A stretch of DNA of 64,000 bases from an uncultured Lachnospiraceae bacterium (GTDB lineage Bacteria > Bacillota > Clostridia > Lachnospirales > Lachnospiraceae): assembly GCA_910585005.1 (NCBI GenBank), contig CAJUCN010000007.1, forward strand, positions 37,289-101,288. The letters are read 5' to 3'. A program made the position numbers and the translations under genes. Shown here piece by piece: positions 57,439 to 64,000 of the stretch (positions are counted from its first letter, which is position 1; each line of letters starts with the position of its first letter). Under the pieces are notes generated by a model that was given only the letters and a program-made list of their open reading frames with translations, ran no database searches and was not told where the DNA came from.

Positions 57439-57681
57439 ATTTTCACCACCTTTTACAGTGGTGTAAAGAATTGCATTTTCGTGGAATATTAATGTTTTTT
57501 AATTTGATGAGTTTGTCAGATTTTTAAGATGCTTTATTTTTTCAATAGTTATATTATAAGTTTATTTTCTTTTTCTTCTTTATTGTTATGTCACTCTTTA
57601 CACCTTTTGTTTCATTGTTTCATAAACGGGTTTTCCGAATCTGGAATCTCTCGAAATCCATATAAATAGTCTTTACTATAC

Positions 57682-58584
57682 CTATATTTTGGTATCGCCC
57701 AATGATGAGTTTTCAAAAACTCTACTTATGCGGCGTTCCGTCTTTGCGGTTATCAGATAGCCTGTATCTGTCTGGGACAGTGCGCCCGTTTCCGGGTCTG
57801 CCGTCAGATTGTAAATGCCGGTCTCTATAACGTTCCTGCCGTCCTCATCTGTTTCAATGACTCCAAAATTGGGTGTGAAGACCTTCAGGTCACTATTATC
57901 TTTCATACCGAAGGTTACGGCTGGCTTTGCAAGTCCCTGTGAATTAAAGTACCGTTTCTTGTTGTACATCTCTTTATCGGTCAGCAGGGCGGTAGTCACA
58001 TATTTTGTGATATAGGAAGCGGCTCTCTCCGGGCTTTCGATTTCTTCGCAGTCACTGAACCCGTATTCCCATTCAGGCAGGTTGTACACCTGTCTGTTGT
58101 GCCTGATGACGGGCTTCCCGGTCTTTGCATTTACCGCTTCCACAAAGTAAGCGGTAACATCACCTAACAGCCCATGGAAATGAACTGCCCCAGATTTGTG
58201 CAGTTCGGGTATCATCAGATAATCAAACTGTTTATGCCTGTCTCTCATTTTCCTGCACCATTTTAAGAGGGTATTTTTTGCCGTTTCATAATCGGAACTG
58301 TTCACCTTTTCCGGGTCGAAGGTAAGGGTCACGAACCATCGGAAGCCGTTACAGAGTGCATATCCTTTTATCTTTCTCCGGATGGCGTATATCTGTTGCC
58401 GTGTCCGTGCTTCCTGTGCTTCAGCCGTCGTTTCGGCTTCCTTGCTACATGGCGTTCTGCCGCTCCCCATGTAGCGGAGTCTTGGGGAATGGTAAGCCGC
58501 TATCTCTATCCTCCCGTTCCCATAGTCTGTTGTACGCCTGTTGTATTCCTTGCAATCATCAGAATGCAAGCTGTCTGCATCCAT
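57682..58584 (-). CDS. HUH-type rolling-circle Rep / relaxase
   Basis: Has FVTLTFD and the HUH motif AVHFHGLL. I prefer the start at Met94 of the tracked ORF (RBS GGAGGG, 7 nt upstream). The upstream 93 codons lie in the GC-rich segment. Confidence 0.75.
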   Translation of the reverse strand: MDADSLHSDDCKEYNRRTTDYGNGRIEIAAYHSPRLRYMGSGRTPCSKEAETTAEAQEARTRQQIYAIRRKIKGYALCNGFRWFVTLTFDPEKVNSSDYETAKNTLLKWCRKMRDRHKQFDYLMIPELHKSGAVHFHGLLGDVTAYFVEAVNAKTGKPVIRHNRQVYNLPEWEYGFSDCEEIESPERAASYITKYVTTALLTDKEMYNKKRYFNSQGLAKPAVTFGMKDNSDLKVFTPNFGVIETDEDGRNVIETGIYNLTADPETGALSQTDTGYLITAKTERRISRVFENSSLGDTKI

Positions 58585-58628
58585 ATCATTTCCCTCCGTT
58601 TCTGTGTTTTCTGGTGTTTCCGTCGCAA

Positions 58629-58860
58629 CATTGCCTTTTGTCAAGTAAGGCAATGCCGCGCCGCCTTCCCCCATCCTGCCTCCTGCATGTCCCGGCAGTG
58701 GCCGCGCCGCCCGCTCCCTCCCTGCCGCCGCACACTTGCAGGGATACAGCGGCCTTTGGCGGCAGGCCGCCCCGGCCGCCATCCCCTGCCCAGTGCGGCA
58801 TCCGTAAGAGCAGGCGCGCATCCACCACAGGACGCACGGCGGCAGAAGAGGGCGGCGGCT
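58629..58860. other. GC-rich (~70%) non-coding segment with hairpins; candidate origin (oriT/dso)
   Basis: Perfect 9-bp hairpin CATTGCCTT/AAGGCAATG at 58629-58655. Inverted repeat CCTGCCGCC/GGCGGCAGG at 58721-58766. My hand count is ~73% GC over 58651-58860, and the surrounding DNA is much more AT-rich. Confidence 0.45.
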
Positions 58861-59063
58861 CACTTTTCTGTCTTACGAAAGGCGGGTGTAAAACGGAAGC
58901 CGCCGGAAACAATGGCACGGTAGCCGTTCTCTGTCTGCACAGGCTTTTCTTTCAGATAATCCAGTGCATACCACCGCGCCATCTGCCTTTTGTCCGTGCT
59001 GATGATGCAGGTCTCCCCGTTTTCCAGTTCCAGTACATGGAACCCTTTAACGTCCTTCCCCAT
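58860..59063 (-). CDS. Small hypothetical protein between the FtsK-like and Rep genes
   Basis: 67 aa. Overlaps the FtsK-like gene's 3' end by 17 nt. Confidence 0.45.
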   Translation of the reverse strand: MGKDVKGFHVLELENGETCIISTDKRQMARWYALDYLKEKPVQTENGYRAIVSGGFRFTPAFRKTEK

Positions 59064-60381
59064 ATGGGTTCGCCCCCCTTTTCTTTAGTTTCCTTAACAA
59101 TTCCCCGTAATTGGCAAGCCTCCCGGAGAGCAGGGGCGTTTTGATATAGGCCGGCCTGTCGGTTTCCGGGGTGACTGCATAACCTTTCCCCTTGCCGCCC
59201 CGATATACCGTTCCGATATCCTTCTTATACATGCCGGTTACCTGATGGAAAGTTTCGTCCGAGACTGACTTCCCTAAGATGATGCGCGTCTGGCACTGTT
59301 CCGTAATGGATTTAGGCAGGTCAGTGGCATTTAACTTCTGCGCCGTAATGACGATGGAGAACCCTGCGGCTCTTCCCTTTAATGCAATCTGTCCTAACAG
59401 CTTTTCAATCCGCTCCTTATCCTTTTTTTCCGCAAAGGACACCACGGACAGGATTTCATCAAAAATAAGGATATATCCCGGCATCCCTTTTTCCCGGAAA
59501 TCCAGCCCTTCTGAACCATCAGCCCGATAAAGCAGGGAATACCGTTTTTCCATTTCCTCAACAAGTTCAGTAAGCATCTGGATGATTTCTTTTATATCTG
59601 TGGCAACCGGTACACCGGCATAGCGGAATATCATCCCGAAGTCAGAGTTTTTCGCGTCTACCACATACAGCCTGTGCTGGCGTTTCAAAACCATGCCGCT
59701 AAAATATACTAAAAGACGTGTCTTCCCCGCACCGCTTGGGGCAATCAGCAGGATGTGAATGGCTTCACTGGTGAAATCCCATATCACTTCGCCATAAATG
59801 GGAATTGGCTCATAACTTAACACCGGCACATAACGTTCCATCGGTTCGATGATATCCTCCAACATCTTTTCCATGGCGTTAAAGCGTTCAGGGGGAAGGC
59901 CGAAAACATAACAGGCCATGCCGTCACCTTCCTCATATCTGAGCAGGGGCTTCCACAGATATTCCGACAGCCGCCGCCCTATGTCAGCCGTATCTTTTTC
60001 AAGTCCTTTCGGGTAAAGGACGACGGTAACCTTTCCGTTTTCTACGCTGTACTGCCACTGGACAAAACAGCGCAGAAACCCATCCCCTTCCGAGTGCAGG
60101 AACATCCGGGTAAAAAGAATAAGTTCTTTACGGATTTTAAGACATTTCACAGGCGAAAACCGAGACAGCAACCATACCGACAGGGCAAGGGTTATCAGCA
60201 GTGCAAGACCAGACAAAAACACGGCCTGCAATATCCGCCTTATGGCGGGAGTGACGGTTAAGCCGCTCCCGTTCACGTTGGCAATGGCGGGGAAAATCAC
60301 AAACATCAGGGATATAAACAGTAACGATTGTTTTAAGGCTGTTATTATCTTACCGTCTGTCCTTATCTTCAAAGTGTGCAT
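59047..60381 (-). CDS. FtsK/SpoIIIE-family DNA translocase (TcpA/Tra-like)
   Basis: Two N-terminal TM helices, Walker A APSGAGKT and Walker B-like ILIFDE. Confidence 0.85.
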   Translation of the reverse strand: MHTLKIRTDGKIITALKQSLLFISLMFVIFPAIANVNGSGLTVTPAIRRILQAVFLSGLALLITLALSVWLLSRFSPVKCLKIRKELILFTRMFLHSEGDGFLRCFVQWQYSVENGKVTVVLYPKGLEKDTADIGRRLSEYLWKPLLRYEEGDGMACYVFGLPPERFNAMEKMLEDIIEPMERYVPVLSYEPIPIYGEVIWDFTSEAIHILLIAPSGAGKTRLLVYFSGMVLKRQHRLYVVDAKNSDFGMIFRYAGVPVATDIKEIIQMLTELVEEMEKRYSLLYRADGSEGLDFREKGMPGYILIFDEILSVVSFAEKKDKERIEKLLGQIALKGRAAGFSIVITAQKLNATDLPKSITEQCQTRIILGKSVSDETFHQVTGMYKKDIGTVYRGGKGKGYAVTPETDRPAYIKTPLLSGRLANYGELLRKLKKRGANPYGEGR

Positions 60382-60396
60382 TTTCCTTTTCCCCCT

Positions 60397-60825
60397 TTAC
60401 TTTACTTCTTCCAGTCTGGTGACCATCAGTTTCAGCCCTTTCGCGGCATAGCCGGTGAACTTCCCGCCGCTCATATTTGCTATCAGGGCGAACTTGTAAT
60501 CAACAAGACGGTATTTTTTGTTGACTGCCGCCACGGGGTCTAACTCTGTGTTGAGCAGGGTCACTTCAAAGCTGACAGCATCCTCTAACGTTGTGCCGCC
60601 CATGACCTCAATCTTCTGGGTGGTATCCTTTGTATCTTCGTTCATATAAGGATTTCTCAGCTTTTTTACAGTCACTACGTTCGGCACAGGGAAACAACGC
60701 CGGAGTGCTTTCTGCACTTCGTCTTCCTCAAGCACTCCTTTGAGGCGTATCTCTGCGGGGCTGATGTACATATCCTTCAAATCAGTGACATTTCCATTTG
60801 CTTCAATATTATTTTCTTTAATCAT
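60397..60825 (-). CDS. Hypothetical protein preceding the translocase gene
   Basis: 142-aa ORF with an RBS. Its position is analogous to the small ORFs that precede the FtsK-like gene in Tn916-type elements (an analogy only). Confidence 0.5.
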   Translation of the reverse strand: MIKENNIEANGNVTDLKDMYISPAEIRLKGVLEEDEVQKALRRCFPVPNVVTVKKLRNPYMNEDTKDTTQKIEVMGGTTLEDAVSFEVTLLNTELDPVAAVNKKYRLVDYKFALIANMSGGKFTGYAAKGLKLMVTRLEEVK

Positions 60826-61065
60826 AGTTTACCTGCCTTTCTTAACTATAAAATGTTTTAAGTTGCATGTTACTGTTGGACAGTTTTGTGTCATGTCCGG
60901 GACATGATATGCAAAAACATTCATTGAGTCCCCCTTTCCTTAGTAAAATTTTTAGATGATATAAACAGGATAAGCCAGGGGATATCCGGCTACCCAGATA
61001 CCCCCCATTTTCAGAAAAAATTTTTAGACATGCCTGAGACTTTAACACCATTCTTTGATGACACT

Positions 61066-61392
61066 TTAATCTATAAGGTCAGAGAGTTCACATTGAAGCA
61101 CATGTGCAATATTTATAGCTGTTTTTAATTTGATATTATCGCTTTTGCCGGACAGATAATCCGCATAAGTGGAAAGACCAATACCGGCTTTCTCTGCCAG
61201 TTGCTTCTGAGTATACCCGTCAAACACCATCTGTCGTTTTTTCCGCCTATGCTCTACTTCACTCATAAAAGATTCAAACCAACGATAGTTTTCCGTATCG
61301 TCAATTTCGCGTTCAGCTATTACGTCATTCTTTAAATCCTGTTCCAGTTCTGCATGGGTTTTATGTTTTGCATATACATATTGTCTATCCAT
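61066..61392 (-). CDS. XRE-family HTH regulator of the element
   Basis: HTH YTQKQLAEKAGIGLSTYADYLSGK. I prefer the start at Met73 of the tracked ORF (RBS AAGGAA). Confidence 0.75.
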   Translation of the reverse strand: MDRQYVYAKHKTHAELEQDLKNDVIAEREIDDTENYRWFESFMSEVEHRRKKRQMVFDGYTQKQLAEKAGIGLSTYADYLSGKSDNIKLKTAINIAHVLQCELSDLID

Positions 61393-61838
61393 ACAAGTTT
61401 CCTTATATGGTGCGCACCTTAATTCTCCTTTCGCTTTTATAGTCAATACCGGTATTTTTTCATAATGGCCATTGTGCCTAAAAGACACTTTATAAAAATT
61501 TAATAAAAAAACCCCTAAACAAACCTTATCCAGTAGACGATAGTATTTAAGAGAGTTGAAGAGAAGAAGTGAGATAAAGGGTTGTAGGTAATTAATTTTA
61601 TTATTCAAAAAAGATGAGGGGAACGGGGATTCTCCCCGTGAGTGAGGGCGCGGCGTATGCCGCGGCCACCTATATAAATAAGGAATGATTGTAGATTAAT
61701 AAAGGTTGAAATATAAAAGAAATGTAAAAGAGAGTGGATTGTGAAAATGAAAAACCACTCTCTTTCTTTTATGGAAGATATTAAAAACGAATCACAATAA
61801 ACAATAGCAGAGGTCTCCCTCTGCTATTGTCATTATTC

Positions 61839-62522
61839 TTACTGTACAGGAACTGTGGATAATGCCAATGTGCCGTTAATCTTAATCCCGCTTACACCAA
61901 GCTCCGTATACAGATAATTAGCGTCACCCTTTGTCATGCCTATCGCATAGCCGGTTGTGTCCACATCGTCAGCAAAAGTGATGTTCACATACCAGAGATT
62001 GTCTTCACCCTTTACCAGTGCCGCTGTCTTATAAGCCACGCCTGTTCCGTCCGTATTGCCTACGGTATAGGTTGCCTTGCTTACGCCACAGTGATATACC
62101 TGGAAGGACTTGTGGTTGCCCGCCATTACCATACGGAACTTCTGTCCGCCTTCAACGCCCATTGTCACGTCATTAGGATTCTTTTTAGCGACAGGTGTAT
62201 AGGAAGCGCCATTGTCTGAAGAACCACCGTCATAGGAACTGCCCCCATCATAGGAACCGGAATCAGAATAGCTGCTGTCTGAAGAACCACCGTCATAGGA
62301 ACCGGAATCGCTGCTGCCGGAATCAGAGGAACTGCTGCCGGAACTGGAAGAACTGCTGCCGGAATCAGGATCCGAAAGGTTGAAATCAGAATCCCCGCCA
62401 TACTCATGTTCCGGTGCATCTGCATTAAATCCAAATGCATGCGATGTAATCGCTGTCTGGGGAGATGCGAGAACCAGTGCCATTGCGAATGCTGTTGCAA
62501 GAACTTTGTATAATTTTCTCAT
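61839..62522 (-). CDS. Secreted protein with a Ser/Gly/Asp/Tyr low-complexity repeat region
   Basis: Has a signal peptide (MRKLYKVLATAFAMALVLASPQTAITSHA), then SSSSSGSSSSDSGSSDSGSYDGGSSDSSYSDSGSYDGGSSYDGGSSDNG, then a beta-rich C-terminal domain. Confidence 0.7.
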   Translation of the reverse strand: MRKLYKVLATAFAMALVLASPQTAITSHAFGFNADAPEHEYGGDSDFNLSDPDSGSSSSSSGSSSSDSGSSDSGSYDGGSSDSSYSDSGSYDGGSSYDGGSSDNGASYTPVAKKNPNDVTMGVEGGQKFRMVMAGNHKSFQVYHCGVSKATYTVGNTDGTGVAYKTAALVKGEDNLWYVNITFADDVDTTGYAIGMTKGDANYLYTELGVSGIKINGTLALSTVPVQ

Positions 62523-63133
62523 AATCATATACCTCCGTGCTTGTTGTGTGTTTGTCTGTTTCAAAAAAATTACGGGGTGTGGGGCGAAGCCCCATGCCGT
62601 GCCCGGACATATGTCCGGGATACTTTGATACTGTAATCAAACAGTTGTTATAAATCTTTTCTTCATCGTAATTATCTCTTTTTCATAACCTCTCTTTCAT
62701 AAGTAATTGTTTATCAGAACATCCCAACAGTCCGGCAGAGGGGGCATAGTTTTATGCCCTCTGCCAATTCTGCCGAGATAAACAATAAGAAAGCGGCGCA
62801 GGATTTATCTTTCCTACACCGCTGAAAATACAGCACCACAAATCTAAATACGTGCTGGTTTCCCACTTGAAATAGTGTGGAAAATTCGCTATACTTGACT
62901 TGGCGCATTATATGCTGTGTGGGAGGTCTCGTCTCCTGCATAGGGGTGTAGGGAATTGGCGTTCCCTACATCCTGCCTTTTATTATCTATCTCGTTTTTC
63001 ATTATACCGCCACTGTATAAAATTAGCAAGAGGGTATCTTTCTCAAATAGAATAAACTGTATTGTTTACTCTGACTTCTATTTCCTTTTACTTTCCCATT
63101 TTAAGTATGCTATAATATTATAATAGAAAGTAG

Positions 63134-63460
63134 GTGAAAAAAGTGGCTCTGCTTATCAACGATTTAAGAAAGCTGTGTACAGATGATACTGTTATAATGA
63201 CTGCACATGTTATAAAACGGTGCAGGGAAAGAAATATTGATTCAGACAGTATTATAAAAGTCATTATGCAAGGCGAAATCATAAAGCAATATGAAGATGA
63301 TAAACCGTTCCCCAGTTGCCTGCTATTGGGATTGTCAATAAATGGCAAATACTTACATGTAGTCGTTGCAAGCGATAATATCAATCTGCATATAATAACG
63401 GCATACTACCCAAGTATTGAAGAATGGGAGCCGGACTTTAAAACAAGAAAGGGGCGTTAA
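63134..63460 (+). CDS. DUF4258-like toxin candidate
   Basis: TAHVIKRCRERNI ... YLHVVVA ... IITAYYP pattern. The start is GTG 63134 or GTG 63143. Confidence 0.65.
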   Translation: MKKVALLINDLRKLCTDDTVIMTAHVIKRCRERNIDSDSIIKVIMQGEIIKQYEDDKPFPSCLLLGLSINGKYLHVVVASDNINLHIITAYYPSIEEWEPDFKTRKGR

Positions 63461-63462
63461 AT

Positions 63463-63693
63463 ATGAATTGTTTTACTTGTGGCAGTAATCATATGATTGA
63501 AGCAACAACAATCTATGTTGAAAAATTAGAAAACGGTATCTTGATTGTGAAAAATGTTCCATGTAAAAAATGTTCCCAATGCGGCGAGGAATTTTTTTCA
63601 ATGGCAATTATGAAAGAAATTGAAAGATTAAGCAAACAGGCAGAAAAAATTATCAGTGAAGTTATGATTATTGATTACAACAAGGCGGCATAA
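63463..63693 (+). CDS. YgiT/MqsA-type zinc-finger antitoxin candidate
   Basis: CFTCGS ... CKKCSQCGEEF four-Cys zinc ribbon. Starts 2 nt after the upstream stop. Confidence 0.65.
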   Translation: MNCFTCGSNHMIEATTIYVEKLENGILIVKNVPCKKCSQCGEEFFSMAIMKEIERLSKQAEKIISEVMIIDYNKAA

Positions 63694-63704
63694 AAATATA
63701 ATCA

Positions 63705-63746
63705 AGAGGGAATGAAAGATGGTGCGTCTTTTCATTCCCTCTTTTT
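63705..63746 (+). terminator. Terminator after the TA pair
   Basis: 13-bp perfect stem AGAGGGAATGAAA / TTTCATTCCCTCT followed by TTTT. Confidence 0.8.
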
Positions 63747-63887
63747 CCTATTTTGTATTGGCTCCATCCGCTGTGTCAAGGGTTGCCCTACGGCGTATCG
63801 CTTCGCTTGCCCCTTGACACGCTATGTTTTTATTAAAAGATAAATCAAAAAACTATTGTTATTTCAATTCAGAAGCGAAAATCAAAG

Positions 63888-63909
63888 TTGTAGACACATT
63901 GTAGACAGT
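63888..63909 (+). repeat. TTGTAGACA repeats near attR
   Basis: TTGTAGACA at 63888-63896 and TTGTAGACAGT at 63899-63909. The second is the same 11-mer as at 56225-56235. Confidence 0.5.
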
Positions 63910-63953
63910 GTGCATTCCTCCTTGTTTTTATGGGCTTTCCGGGAGAAAATAAA

Positions 63954-63976
63954 GTTCGAGTCCCGTCTCGCGCTCT
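63954..63976 (+). repeat. attR core (displaced 3' fragment of tRNA-Gly)
   Basis: Identical 23-mer to 56130-56152, followed by the presumed original tRNA terminator hairpin AGCCTAG/CTAGGCT. Confidence 0.9.
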
Positions 63977-64000
63977 GAAAAGCCTAGTAAATTCTAGGCT

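Larger units (their letters stand above)
56130..63976 (-). mobile_element. 7.8-kb integrative (mobilizable) element in the 3' end of tRNA-Gly
   Basis: A 23-bp direct repeat (attL 56130-56152, attR 63954-63976) encloses int, Rep/relaxase, FtsK-like, XRE and TA genes. Confidence 0.85.

Noticed and set aside
57439-57681. A search for an excisionase (Xis) gene between rep and int.
   Set aside because: Only 13-codon or shorter ORFs exist on the minus strand here. No Xis candidate can be supported. The small ORFs at 58860-59063 and 60397-60825 remain unassigned.
58585-58863. A 93-codon N-terminal extension of the Rep ORF (GTG at 58863, GTGA overlap with the upstream stop), together with the plus-strand ORFs 58356-59144, 58396-58923 and 58586-58918.
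   Set aside because: All six frames are open because the DNA is ~70% GC. The translations are Arg/Pro/Ala/Gly/Cys nonsense-like. A good RBS (GGAGGG) precedes the internal ATG at 58584. The GTGA coupling leaves a small doubt, which I note in the findings.
60842-61051. The tracked ORFs 60842-61051 and 62714-62941 in IME intergenic regions, and the long forms of the XRE ORFs (61066-61608 and 46278-46778).
   Set aside because: They have no RBS and low-complexity or implausible sequence. The internal starts have good RBSs and give standard-length HTH proteins. The regions are better explained as promoter/operator DNA.

Overview
The window looks like a Clostridia-type Firmicutes chromosome (Lachnospiraceae-like; this is inferred from gene content only, with no search run). 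About 70% is ordinary core DNA. In order it contains: argC-(GNAT)-argJ-argB-argD; a solute-binding protein; comEA, an OmpR/HK pair, a GerM-like lipoprotein and comEC; a REC-fused small alarmone synthetase; holA, yqeY-like and NUDIX genes; a Bce-like RR/HK/ABC/FtsX module; an SPFH protein; a GGDEF-EAL protein; csoR-copA with a clear operator; wall and sugar genes; tyrS with a terminator-containing leader; an SfsA-MutY fusion; GT2, PAP2 and lipid kinase genes; glyA; a LUD protein; a CPBP protease; a GH3 protein; and an ATL-like protein. Two accessory insertions stand out. (1) At 46.0-50.2 kb there is a 4.2-kb island with no integrase. It carries a CI-like XRE switch, a consensus promoter followed by a leader terminator, a phage scaffold-like gene, a major-capsid-like gene, two small ORFs and a sigma-70 family gene. 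It has no portal, terminase, tail, lysis or replication gene, and the 13-mer TAAGCTTTGCTTA sits at both borders. (2) At 56.1-64.0 kb there is a 7.8-kb integrative element in the 3' end of tRNA-Gly(GCC), bounded by a 23-bp direct repeat. It carries int, an HUH Rep/relaxase, an FtsK-like translocase, an XRE regulator, a secreted low-complexity protein, a DUF4258/zinc-finger toxin-antitoxin pair and an internal ~70% GC segment. Between the two insertions are a perfect 56-bp direct repeat flanking the CPBP gene and a perfect consensus promoter driving a ~390-nt purine-rich region with no ORF that ends in two tandem terminators (candidate ncRNA). I saw no rRNA, CRISPR array, transposase or recognisable defence gene. 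All family assignments rest on motif recognition by eye and need HMM or structure confirmation.
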